From positions 23,821 to 87,820 of the IMG/VR virus record IMGVR_UViG_3300009537_000002: a stretch of 64,000 bases of DNA. The stretch is one strand, 5' to 3'. Positions 47,914 through 57,052 of the stretch are shown in pieces (position 1 is the first letter of the stretch; every line of letters starts with the position of its first letter). The notes beneath the pieces are model-generated. The model was given only the letters and a program-made list of their open reading frames with translations. It ran no database searches and was not told where the DNA came from. Both the position numbers and the translations under genes were made by a program. This DNA comes from a virus.

Positions 47914-48561
47914 TTAACTTATTACAAAAACCCGACGGGTCACGGCCGCCTTATTTACGTCGATGTCGGCGTTGCGCGTGTACGTGTCCATGCCTGAAAT
48001 CCTGAGGAGGATCTCGTCGCCGTCGCTCACGTCCGCGTTTACGATTTGAAAGTTCAAAACGGGCTCGTACTCGTTGTTAGCGTCGAGAATGTTCGTGTCG
48101 GCGCTTCCGTCGGTGCTCTGCCCGGAGTTTGTCGTGTCGTAGGTACCGGATCCGATACGTTGGGTCGTGTCGTTTCCCTGGGTCAGTTGCCCATCGACGG
48201 CGATGATCACACTACTGGTCGTCTCGACCATTGTCCACCCACCCCCAGCGTGGTTGTATTCCCAATCCTCATTCTTAACTGTCCCCGAGCTGCCGTTGGT
48301 CTCCTGAATCAGCAAGCGACACTGATAGGTCGTGTCTGTGTCAAGCGTTTGCTGATTGTTGACGCTGCCGATGATCGTTGAAGTCGCCTCCCCGGCATCG
48401 TCCTCGTAGAAGGCGTAGGAGTCCTGATCGAAAGCAGCCATCGCTCCAGCAAGAGCAAGCGGACCGTCGTACCAGTAACCTTCGCGCTTCACGACGCGCC
48501 CCTGCGCATCGTACAGGACGAGCGTATTGATCCAGCGTCGGCTCACGTCTTGCGCTCCCAC
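47914..48561 (-). CDS. Putative virion appendage protein with leader-like N-terminus
   Basis: 215 aa, GC-rich codon usage, acidic beta-rich body; start codon uncertain (GTG). Confidence 0.5.
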   Translation of the reverse strand: MGAQDVSRRWINTLVLYDAQGRVVKREGYWYDGPLALAGAMAAFDQDSYAFYEDDAGEATSTIIGSVNNQQTLDTDTTYQCRLLIQETNGSSGTVKNEDWEYNHAGGGWTMVETTSSVIIAVDGQLTQGNDTTQRIGSGTYDTTNSGQSTDGSADTNILDANNEYEPVLNFQIVNADVSDGDEILLRISGMDTYTRNADIDVNKAAVTRRVFVIS

Positions 48562-48887
48562 CGCCTGCGGTAGTCACGCACGCGCTCGCGCACGACTTCG
48601 AACTCAACGTTCGGGATCCACAGACCCGACTTACACAGACCCTCGGCGCGCAGCACCGTGGACAGATCGTCGGTGCCTATCGGCTCGCCGTTCCTCATCA
48701 CCGAGTAGTAGTCTGAGCCGTTGAGAACCTGGAGTTTGCCGTCGTCCCGATGCTTCACCACGAACTGCAACCCGTCGCGAGGCGCGTCTCGCCAGACACG
48801 CGGGATCTTAAATGTGACCTCGATGTCCTCGCCATCATCCTCGATAACCGAACCGTCCCCATAGAACATGATGAAGCGCGGGGGCAT
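48543..48887 (-). CDS. Hypothetical protein
   Basis: 114 aa, TGATG overlap with the upstream gene. Confidence 0.5.
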   Translation of the reverse strand: MPPRFIMFYGDGSVIEDDGEDIEVTFKIPRVWRDAPRDGLQFVVKHRDDGKLQVLNGSDYYSVMRNGEPIGTDDLSTVLRAEGLCKSGLWIPNVEFEVVRERVRDYRRRWERKT

Positions 48888-49408
48888 CAGGTGAACTTCC
48901 GGATATTCGCCATGAGATCAGAAGAACTCGCCTGGTTGGTCTCACCAAAGGCGACGCGCTTGATCTTGTTGCCGTTGTTGACCGCCGACTGGACGTTCTT
49001 CAGATCGATCTGTATCGCGTAGGTCGACGTGTTGTCTGGATTGGTGGTCCATGCTGTATCGACCGTCACCCGCTTCGTGCTCTCGACGTAGTCGGTGATC
49101 GTCCGCTCCTGGCCTTCCCCCGTGCCACCGGTGATGCGGATCTCGTGGTCGTTGTAGTAGTCGTCGGGCTGTGTGTCGCCCGGCGCCAGATCAATCGTGG
49201 TCGCAGCGCCAGCTTGGGCCGTGCCGCTCGCCGACGTACGGCCGAGAACAATAGCGACTTCCGTCAGCGTGCGCCCGTTGACGAACCCGTCCCAGTCGAC
49301 TTTCTGCTCGGATAAGTCAGTCAATGCCTCACGGAGACGTCGCCCGAGGCGACCAACCTCCAAGGCCCAATCGTCAAAACTTTTGTCTCCGTCATATTTC
49401 GGTGCCAT
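48887..49408 (-). CDS. Putative structural protein with an SGTAQAG...GTGEGQxRxIxDY beta-module
   Basis: 173 aa with GGAGG RBS; the module recalls repeats seen in environmental phage appendage proteins. Confidence 0.5.
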   Translation of the reverse strand: MAPKYDGDKSFDDWALEVGRLGRRLREALTDLSEQKVDWDGFVNGRTLTEVAIVLGRTSASGTAQAGAATTIDLAPGDTQPDDYYNDHEIRITGGTGEGQERTITDYVESTKRVTVDTAWTTNPDNTSTYAIQIDLKNVQSAVNNGNKIKRVAFGETNQASSSDLMANIRKFT

Positions 49409-49409
49409 G

Positions 49410-51437
49410 TTAATCCTCCGTGTAAACTATGGTGATTGCCAACTCATCTACTGTACCAGTTTGCGCCGTGGTTTCAAGCCATACAAACGAGTCAAAGACG
49501 ATGGTCGCATCGTCAAAACTAGTCACGTCCGATCCGGTACTTTGATCCGTGGTGGTCGTACCGCCTGTAACTACTTCCGCTCCGGTTGCCGATCTACTCG
49601 TACCGTGCCGGATCGTCCAGGTCACACTCGGCGTGCTGCCTCGGACCACGGCCCGTATTTCTGTGATTGTGATCGCTAGGTTAGTAAAGAAGATCGAGAT
49701 GTCTTCGGTGGCAGTAGGATCTTCGATCGTAATCGACTTGCTCAAAGTCGGGGCGGCGCCAGCACCGCCAAACATCCTATTCGTGATAGTACCACTCGTC
49801 GCTTGGAAGTAGTTACCACCATCGGCGTTGACAGTGCTCCCGGCCGAATTGTCTAAGGTCCCCTCTACGCGAACGCCTCGGAAGTTAGCGACTCCCGCCG
49901 CACCAGCCGTGACGAAATCACCAGGAGCATTGGCGCCGCTCAGAATCTCAGAGCTGACCATTTCCAGAGTGCCTGCGTTAGACACCCGCGAGAAGGGGAT
50001 GATCGCGCCGGAGCTGATGAGACTCCCCGTGTCGTCGCAAATAAACCGTGAGTTGAAAACTCGCGAGTTGTCCCCAAGACTAGCCGCTGTCATATTCGAC
50101 GCAGCACCTGCCCCAGTGTCTGTGGAGCCTCGACAGAAGACGTTTTCCAGATACCAGCGCGACGCCCCGCCGTCGATCCCGGTGCCCGTGCCCGTCGATC
50201 CCGTCCAGGTGAAATCCACGTCCAGGTCGATCAGCGAGATAGTAGTCGCCGCGCCAGTGCGGCCCACTGCCGCACCGGTCGCGCTGATTCCCGGGTTGAT
50301 ACGAGTCCGAGGCGCCCCGTTAGCCCCGCGGTTCGCCGCTGTCCCAATAATCTGGAGGTTTTTGTCAATCGTGATCTGCTCAGCGAAGTCGATGGGGCCG
50401 AGCAACAGCGTGTCGCCCGCGGTAGCAGCAGTGATCGCCGCCGCGATGGTGGTGAAGTCCGCTCGGGGATCGGTCGGATGCACGGTATGGACCGTGCCTG
50501 TAAAATCAGGTCCAAGAATGCCGACCGTTGAGCCGTTCAGTCGTGATTTCAGATGAGGGGCGGTCGTGCGCGCCCACAACATCCCGTCCGCGAGTGTACT
50601 TGGGTCGGCTGACAGTGAGCGTAGAGGGAGCTTGTATGTATCTTGCTGTCCGTTCGAAAGCAACTTACCATAACCAACTTGCTGGAAGACGGTCTCGGTA
50701 TCATCGTCATTGATCCCACTTACAGTCGGGATCCAATTGTCACCCCAAACTTCCACATCATTGGCATTTGTGATCGTCAGACCTGATGTACCCAAGCGAC
50801 AATTTGAGATCCACAGGTTTCCGTTGGTGTTGTCGATACGCACACCAGCAGTGACTGTGCCACGGCACGTCGTGTAGTTTATATGGTTTTGAGAGCTACT
50901 GACTCCCTCGATTTGCAGCCCAACCGAGGCATCGGCCTCGATGCCCGCATCGGTCGCGGTGATCGAGCAGTTGTTCGAGATGATAGCGCCGGTGGTGATC
51001 TGTACACCGTAGAGATTTCCCCCCGATGCACCGCTGGTTGAAGAAGAAAGAATGCTGTTGACCGTGTAGAGGTTGCCACCCCCAGTGACCTTCACGACTG
51101 CAATATCACCCGCACTACCATTCCAAGTTAAATTGAAATCAATGTTCTCGATGAACGATGCACCCGCCGAAGCATAGGTCCAGATCGCCCCGCCGCTGGC
51201 ACCTCCGATCGTGCGGTTGAAGATGACCTCGGGATTGCCCGAACCCGTGGTCACCCCGCGGTAAGTGACTCCCGCCACCATCGTGATCTGATCTGTGTAC
51301 GTCCCCGGGTAGATATCGATGGTGTCACCGGACACAACGTCCGCATTGGCATCCGTGAGGTTGTCGTACTGCGCGTTGCCGTCCGTCGATACAGTTAGGA
51401 CCTTCGGCACCACGATCTGGCGCATTGGCACCGGCAT
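49410..51437 (-). CDS. Tailspike-like protein with two parallel beta-helix (pectin-lyase-like) domains
   Basis: Two beta-helix cap motifs: YDNLTDANADVVSGDTIDIYPGTY and FTTIAAAITAATAGDTLLLGP. Confidence 0.65.
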   Translation of the reverse strand: MPVPMRQIVVPKVLTVSTDGNAQYDNLTDANADVVSGDTIDIYPGTYTDQITMVAGVTYRGVTTGSGNPEVIFNRTIGGASGGAIWTYASAGASFIENIDFNLTWNGSAGDIAVVKVTGGGNLYTVNSILSSSTSGASGGNLYGVQITTGAIISNNCSITATDAGIEADASVGLQIEGVSSSQNHINYTTCRGTVTAGVRIDNTNGNLWISNCRLGTSGLTITNANDVEVWGDNWIPTVSGINDDDTETVFQQVGYGKLLSNGQQDTYKLPLRSLSADPSTLADGMLWARTTAPHLKSRLNGSTVGILGPDFTGTVHTVHPTDPRADFTTIAAAITAATAGDTLLLGPIDFAEQITIDKNLQIIGTAANRGANGAPRTRINPGISATGAAVGRTGAATTISLIDLDVDFTWTGSTGTGTGIDGGASRWYLENVFCRGSTDTGAGAASNMTAASLGDNSRVFNSRFICDDTGSLISSGAIIPFSRVSNAGTLEMVSSEILSGANAPGDFVTAGAAGVANFRGVRVEGTLDNSAGSTVNADGGNYFQATSGTITNRMFGGAGAAPTLSKSITIEDPTATEDISIFFTNLAITITEIRAVVRGSTPSVTWTIRHGTSRSATGAEVVTGGTTTTDQSTGSDVTSFDDATIVFDSFVWLETTAQTGTVDELAITIVYTED

Positions 51438-51440
51438 GCT

Positions 51441-53282
51441 TTAGCTCACATACACCGCGTCGAGGGTATCGCTCGTCTTCATGTTGACCGCGGTCCCGCT
51501 AGACGCGAGCCACGTGATCGTAATCCCGCTGATTGTGTAATCGGCACCCGCACCCTGACGCTGAAGTACCCCGTTGAGAAAGAGTCTCACCCAGGCATTG
51601 TTTTTCGGGGTAGCGTTCAGCGTGTCCGTTAGCGCCGTGTCGGTGTTGGTAATATTCTCGGTCGTGACCGACTCTTGCTGCGCGGTCTCTGCTGTAGCTG
51701 CAGTTTCGATGTTGTCGAGTTTAGTCTTGTCGGCACCAGTCATGAAACCATCAGCGCCGCCGGCAACAACATCAGCGTGAAGATCACCACCTCCACGGTT
51801 ACTATGCATTGTATCGTTCTGAAGAGCAACAAACGTAATTGTGTCGGCTTGCACTGTAATTGCAGCATTAGCAGAAGCAACGTCAATGTCATTTCCGTTG
51901 AGAACAAGACCAGCACCAGCTCCACGTGGTGAACCCGAGCCAATCTGTGCAAATGTCAGCCCATCTGTACCGACAACATCAGAACCAGCATTGTTAGTAC
52001 ACTGGAACAACTTGTCACCATCAGAGGTACCTTCTTCAATGTGAACAATCCAGCCCCGAGCTTCGGCACCTGTAGGAGCATCACCTGTACGTGTCCATGC
52101 ACCAGCAGCTGTAGTGTAGATGCCATCTTCGGTAGCTGTAGTTTGTTGATCAACTAAGATGCGATCTGTAGATGTAAGTACACCATCAATTGTCTGTTCA
52201 CCGCTTAATGTCAAGTCACCTTGGGCCCGAACACGTACCGACTCTTTTGCGTCGATGCCGGCCGCGTCTTGAAGGGTATCGAGTTTGGTTTTATCTGCGG
52301 GAGACATAAAACCTGCCACACCAGTAGTAGCAGCAGAGTGAAGTGACCCACCACCACGGTTGCCGTGCAGTGTGTCGTCGATTTCAGTGATACCAACAAG
52401 AGCGGTGCCAGATCGCTGAACGAGTTGACCATCTGCAATGGAGCCGACTGTCAAATCAGCAGGACCACTGGTCGTTCGAATTGTATGATCATGGTCTGAT
52501 CGAGCAAAACTTGTTGCTGAACCTTCAGCATTGCTACCACCAATACCTTGACCAGGAGCCGCAGCTACAATTGAGTGACTGTGATCGGATCTGGCTAGAC
52601 TAGAGGCAACACCTTCGGCTGCAGCATCATCGGGTTCAATAGCACCTGGAGTGCCAGTAGATACTGCGTGTTGGTGATCCCTTCGAGAAAATCCTGTACC
52701 CGAGCCCTCAACAGCAGCATCACCAGCATTGACTGTAGAGATAGCACCATCCGTTGTGTCAAACGAGTGACTATGGTCAGACCTAGCGAGTGATGTTGCT
52801 GTTCCTTCGGCGGCGGATGAGTCTGCATTCTGTGCAGAAGCAGCAGCTGTAGTTATGGCATCAGCTCCACCTGGATCGTGTCGCGTCCCGTGAGCTGCTG
52901 GATCAATGTTTGCTCTACTGGCAATCTGGAAGACCAGGGCTGTTGTGTCGAGTGTGATCGGGGCGTTTGTGGTGAGTTGCCAAGTAGTATCGGCACCTGC
53001 TGTACCTTCAGAAACTGACACCAATACACCAGAGATCACATCGGCAGTTTCATCAAAGTCGGTTGATCGGCTCCATGCGCCCGCAGCGGCAACATAGATA
53101 CCATTTTGAGAGCCGGTGGATTGAGCCTTAACCAGGACACGGTCACCAGCTACCGGAGTAATACCATCACGGGCAGCGAGACCACTCAACGTGTCATTGA
53201 CCGTGGTAGACAAACGACACGGATCTCTAGTGGCATCCGTAGAGACGTCTGCATCAAGTTGTTTTCTGCGAATCAAAGGCAT
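51441..53282 (-). CDS. Fibre/decoration protein with internally duplicated domains and HxH repeats
   Basis: Two TLSGxxxxDG...D(R)xLV..Q....GIY..AAGAWxR domains; four RxDHxH motifs; two GFMxxADKTKLD motifs. Confidence 0.7.
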   Translation of the reverse strand: MPLIRRKQLDADVSTDATRDPCRLSTTVNDTLSGLAARDGITPVAGDRVLVKAQSTGSQNGIYVAAAGAWSRSTDFDETADVISGVLVSVSEGTAGADTTWQLTTNAPITLDTTALVFQIASRANIDPAAHGTRHDPGGADAITTAAASAQNADSSAAEGTATSLARSDHSHSFDTTDGAISTVNAGDAAVEGSGTGFSRRDHQHAVSTGTPGAIEPDDAAAEGVASSLARSDHSHSIVAAAPGQGIGGSNAEGSATSFARSDHDHTIRTTSGPADLTVGSIADGQLVQRSGTALVGITEIDDTLHGNRGGGSLHSAATTGVAGFMSPADKTKLDTLQDAAGIDAKESVRVRAQGDLTLSGEQTIDGVLTSTDRILVDQQTTATEDGIYTTAAGAWTRTGDAPTGAEARGWIVHIEEGTSDGDKLFQCTNNAGSDVVGTDGLTFAQIGSGSPRGAGAGLVLNGNDIDVASANAAITVQADTITFVALQNDTMHSNRGGGDLHADVVAGGADGFMTGADKTKLDNIETAATAETAQQESVTTENITNTDTALTDTLNATPKNNAWVRLFLNGVLQRQGAGADYTISGITITWLASSGTAVNMKTSDTLDAVYVS

Positions 53283-53297
53283 CGCAATGCCCTCCCG

Positions 53298-54143
53298 TTA
53301 TTTGTATTTTGCCAACAGTTTATCACCAGAATCAAGGACGAACAAGTTGTTCAGCCATGTCAAAGTGGTACCAGATATAGTGTAATCTGTTGTATCGTCT
53401 GCTGTTACTCCATTGATTTTAACCGACAACGAGTTTATGTCTAGTGGAGCCTGACTCAGGAAAAAGGTTACCTGAGCGGGTGTTGGAGTAAACTCGTCTT
53501 CTATCCACAAGGGACCCAGCTGGTCATCAATACCAGCTAGATGAGCAGTCAAGTGATCCACATCTGTCACTTCAGCAGGCGCTGTACTAGGTGTGTAGAA
53601 ATTAGGACTAAAATCAACTCCCAGTTGGTCTCCATCAATTTCATCTGATCCATTCAAGATATGTGAAGGCGCGTGAGTATCAGGAGCACCAGCGCTTCCG
53701 GGCACCCATTCAGTTCCATCAAACTCGAGATGTTCCCCAGAAACAGGAGGTGTGGTAGTTAGGTCTACATCGGTAAGATCATCAAGAGAGACGACCCCTC
53801 CAGCGGTGGTTAGGTTCCACCCACCCCCACCGTCTGTCTCTAGTCTAAGACCTGAGGCCGTTGGCCCCGAACCAAGATCTTGTGCAAGTAGTTCGTCAAC
53901 TCCACCTTGTTCGTGAGTAAATGCGTGAGGATCAGCAAGACCACTTGCTGTTGTTACTTGTCCCCATAAAACAGGGGAATTATCCAGTAAAATCCAAAAA
54001 GTGCTGTTGTCTAACTGCAAAGCACCCTTACCAATGTCGCTGGGCTCAAGACCACTTGCGGTAGTTCTGGCCGTTATATCAGGATATTCAAAGTTGTGAA
54101 TCGGATGCTGTTCACCTAAAGGTGAATTCTTGTGAAACCCCAC
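53298..54143 (-). CDS. Fibre-like structural protein
   Basis: AAGGAGG RBS; HxxxH motifs and LDDLTDV; C-terminal NGV...DYTISGTTLTW domain homologous to the C-terminus of 51441..53282. Confidence 0.6.
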   Translation of the reverse strand: MGFHKNSPLGEQHPIHNFEYPDITARTTASGLEPSDIGKGALQLDNSTFWILLDNSPVLWGQVTTASGLADPHAFTHEQGGVDELLAQDLGSGPTASGLRLETDGGGGWNLTTAGGVVSLDDLTDVDLTTTPPVSGEHLEFDGTEWVPGSAGAPDTHAPSHILNGSDEIDGDQLGVDFSPNFYTPSTAPAEVTDVDHLTAHLAGIDDQLGPLWIEDEFTPTPAQVTFFLSQAPLDINSLSVKINGVTADDTTDYTISGTTLTWLNNLFVLDSGDKLLAKYK

Positions 54144-54554
54144 TTAGAAGTCCTCCTTAACTGACTTTGGTAACGGCGTCATAAATAAGTGTACACTACC
54201 TGAACAACTTGTATAGATTCTCCCTTCCGTGTCGAGCACCAACTGATTCAGATCCACAATGTCGTCTGTTAGATCTTGTTCGAGTTGGTAATCAGCTGCG
54301 TAGTCTGTTGGAGCAGCAACACCAACACCGTCTTTGGACCATTCTAACACAGCATTACGGATTAGGGTCAGCAAGTCGATAGAGTCTCTGAGGTCACGTG
54401 CTGTGAACTGACCGAAGTTGCTGTTACCTCCTGGACTGGACTCAGATAACAGGGTCCAACTTGCATCGGTAGCAATCGTGATGCCCAAGTCTGGGACAAG
54501 AACATCTATGTTCGCACCACCATTGCCAGTACGAACATACAGTAGTCCAGCCAT
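54144..54554 (-). CDS. Hypothetical virion protein
   Basis: 136 aa with AAGGAGG RBS. Confidence 0.5.
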   Translation of the reverse strand: MAGLLYVRTGNGGANIDVLVPDLGITIATDASWTLLSESSPGGNSNFGQFTARDLRDSIDLLTLIRNAVLEWSKDGVGVAAPTDYAADYQLEQDLTDDIVDLNQLVLDTEGRIYTSCSGSVHLFMTPLPKSVKEDF

Positions 54555-54565
54555 TGTGCTCCTCC

Positions 54566-55075
54566 TTACGGTATAGTTAGAGAGTCATTCCTCCATGCAA
54601 TTTCTATCCATACCAGTGGATCTCTAACATCGCCATTTGCATATAACTGAATTCTATCTCCTTCATCTACGTCCACGTCAGTAGTTCTAACGTGATCTCC
54701 CGTTGTGCCTGCAATGGCCAAAGAAGCAATAGCAGACAATGCTCCGTTCTTTCGAACTTCTAGCGTCCAAGTGGCAGCCAAACGCGTTTGCGCAACGATA
54801 CCCACTATAGTTCCATCTCGAGGAAGTCTCCAACCAGTCAGATTCAATGTTTGACCATCAAAGACGGGAAGATATTTATCTTTACTTTTACCAGACTCCC
54901 CACCACCAGGCTTGAACCTGTCGATGGACAACCACTTGCTACGAGAAGTATCGTATAGCCACAATATATTATCATCAACGAGAATATCGCCACCAATAGT
55001 AATATTATGCGACTCTAAGACAATCTCATGTTCAATGATATGCTGCTTGAGACTTTCAGAAGTAACTGCGCTCAT
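54566..55075 (-). CDS. Hypothetical virion protein
   Basis: 169 aa with TAATG overlap; beta-rich C-terminus. Confidence 0.5.
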   Translation of the reverse strand: MSAVTSESLKQHIIEHEIVLESHNITIGGDILVDDNILWLYDTSRSKWLSIDRFKPGGGESGKSKDKYLPVFDGQTLNLTGWRLPRDGTIVGIVAQTRLAATWTLEVRKNGALSAIASLAIAGTTGDHVRTTDVDVDEGDRIQLYANGDVRDPLVWIEIAWRNDSLTIP

Positions 55076-55479
55076 TAGATTGTGTCTCCCACCTTGGCAA
55101 CTTTATCTTCAAAGCTGATTACTACATCGTTTTCATCTGGCCCGGCGGCAGCCCACGTGGCAACAAAAAAGTCTCCACTGTCAATAGTGATCGAATCATA
55201 GTCACCAACCATCTGAATATCAGCAACAGTTCTGCTACCGGTATCAAGATGCAACAATGTGCGAGAAATATTAATGTTATCAACAGAACGATGAAACCCT
55301 ACTGGACCGGTGGTTAGTTGTTGTACATTAACGGTAACTTCGAAAGAGTCCAGACCCAACACCTTCTTCTGTTGATTCTTATAAATGCGCACTCCAGACC
55401 CTAATCTCCTGGTAGCCTGATGTGTACCACCAAGCAAATTGCGTTGGCCCGGGCCGCCCGGAAGAACCTTTTGCGCCAT
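55075..55479 (-). CDS. Hypothetical virion protein
   Basis: 134 aa with AAGGAGG RBS. Confidence 0.5.
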   Translation of the reverse strand: MAQKVLPGGPGQRNLLGGTHQATRRLGSGVRIYKNQQKKVLGLDSFEVTVNVQQLTTGPVGFHRSVDNINISRTLLHLDTGSRTVADIQMVGDYDSITIDSGDFFVATWAAAGPDENDVVISFEDKVAKVGDTI

Positions 55480-55489
55480 GACTGCCTCC

Positions 55490-56242
55490 TTAGATTTTGA
55501 TCTTCAGCCTGTTTCCCTCTACCTCCGTCGAAATGGCTATGTCACCCAAGGATCTAGTCTGAGCATTAGGATGGTCAGTTGCAGGGACAGTTTTCACCTG
55601 AACATTTGCGGCCACTGATGTCGCATCAATTGGCTTGTTGAAGTCTAGCGTAATTTCACGTAGGTCAACAGGGTTTTGTACAGAATGATCACCAGGAGTA
55701 GCAGTTGTTACCACAAATGGCGTGGCTGCGGCGCTGACTCCTACTGAGGCAGCTTCGGTAACCGCGGCACTCAACACGGAAGTAGAAACGTCAGATGGCA
55801 GCTCTTCGATGGAGCCTGTGCCTGTGGTAAAGCCGAAGGTTACAAAGCCATCGATATCATCGCCACCTGCATCAAGAATACTAGTGAGGTTGACTTTGTA
55901 CTCCGTTAGAGGAGTCATTGGTAGGTCAGGGTCAAAGGTGACTACTGTGTCACCCATGATCCCCGACACGGTAACGCTACCCTTTACGATACCAGCATAG
56001 CCAGCAGACTGGAGAAAGTCGTCAAAATCTCCCTGAGAGATGTTCTGGGGAGATGTGAGGCCAAGCTGGCCCGGGCCAACAAACTGATCTGTATCAGGTC
56101 CTTCAAGGAACATGCCTTCCGTAAGACTGTCGCTATCATAGTCTAGACCTGAGAGTGTGATCGTCAGGTTAGATTGGAGAGGGACGCCTACGTTGCCGTT
56201 CGCAGGAAAGGTATCTTTGATGAGATCAGATAGTGCTGACAT
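55490..56242 (-). CDS. Ig-like (SbsA/Big_5-type) protein: one complete and one C-terminally truncated domain
   Basis: FPANGNVGVP...VTFDPDLPMTPLTEYKVNL...FGFTTG, then TPGDHSV...ITLDFNKPID...VEGNRLKIKI followed by stop. Confidence 0.7.
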   Translation of the reverse strand: MSALSDLIKDTFPANGNVGVPLQSNLTITLSGLDYDSDSLTEGMFLEGPDTDQFVGPGQLGLTSPQNISQGDFDDFLQSAGYAGIVKGSVTVSGIMGDTVVTFDPDLPMTPLTEYKVNLTSILDAGGDDIDGFVTFGFTTGTGSIEELPSDVSTSVLSAAVTEAASVGVSAAATPFVVTTATPGDHSVQNPVDLREITLDFNKPIDATSVAANVQVKTVPATDHPNAQTRSLGDIAISTEVEGNRLKIKI

Positions 56243-56246
56243 TCAA

Positions 56247-56855
56247 CTATGCTCCAGTTTTGAGTTCGTTGAGCACTTCCATTGGAACCAGGACTTGCTC
56301 TTCCTCCGATTCTACTATATCTGAGAGCTGTGTCGATAGTGTGTCCACTTGTACAGCATCAACAGGCTGCATGTCCTCTGTGCCTTTAGCCTGGACAACC
56401 TCGGCCCTGTGGGCACTGAGGCGCTTTTGGAAGAATTCAATAAGTTTCTTCCTGTTCTTCCCTTCTTGCTCGAGCTCCAAAAGACGTCGTAGACTTCCCA
56501 GTCGCAACGTGGCCGCTTCCTTCTTCACGGATGGAATTGTACCCTTCAATATTCCTCTGAGAATCTTGACTGTCTTGTCAATGGTATCTTCCATGTTCTG
56601 AGCAACATCAGTTGGCCTGATAGGAATGACATTTGCAGGCATGGGTGTATCTGGAGTCTCCACATCCAAAAGTTTCTGGATGTCTTCTTTGTTCTCCAGC
56701 TTCAACACACTTCGACGGATGTTGTAGACAAACTGCTTCTTGAGCTCATCATTGAGTTCTTCTACTGCTACGTTGTGTTCCGGGGTCCCAAACGTGAAAC
56801 TGTAGGGACCAATAGTTAAAAATGGGGACTTGTCGGTATTGAGTTCAACTTTCAT
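56247..56855 (-). CDS. Post-capsid protein with LLELEQEGKNRKKLI helical motif (possible packaging or head-completion factor)
   Basis: True start is probably MKVELNT at 56855 with AGGAG RBS; the ORF-track extension upstream is HNH debris. Confidence 0.55.
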   Translation of the reverse strand: MKVELNTDKSPFLTIGPYSFTFGTPEHNVAVEELNDELKKQFVYNIRRSVLKLENKEDIQKLLDVETPDTPMPANVIPIRPTDVAQNMEDTIDKTVKILRGILKGTIPSVKKEAATLRLGSLRRLLELEQEGKNRKKLIEFFQKRLSAHRAEVVQAKGTEDMQPVDAVQVDTLSTQLSDIVESEEEQVLVPMEVLNELKTGA

Positions 56856-56879
56856 AACATCTCCTAGTATACATTTGTT

Positions 56880-57040
56880 GGTGGACAAAAAGAAGGGCTG
56901 ACCCTCCCAGTCCTTGTTGATCTGAGTCTTCAGTCTGTGGCAGTTTGCACATAGAACCTGGAGGTTCTCAGGCCGATTGTTCTTATGATTCCCGTCAATG
57001 TCCCGGGATTGACGTGACAATATTTACATACGGGTCTCAT
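56880..57040 (-). pseudogene. Internally deleted HNH endonuclease remnant
   Basis: ATG at 57040 reads MRPVCKYCHVNP; a different frame reads DIDGNHKNNRPENLQVLCANCHRLKT; the junction is at CCCGGG. Confidence 0.75.
56886..56907 (-). terminator. Intrinsic terminator-like hairpin (second copy)
   Basis: GGAGGG-UCAG-CCCUUC-UUUUU. Confidence 0.55.
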
Positions 57041-57052
57041 CTCTTTGTGGAC

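Noticed and set aside
56856-57020. ORF-track 257 aa protein as a genuine HNH-structural fusion
   Set aside because: The TTG start lacks an RBS, the HNH part is a frameshifted remnant containing a terminator hairpin, and a good RBS precedes ATG 56855.
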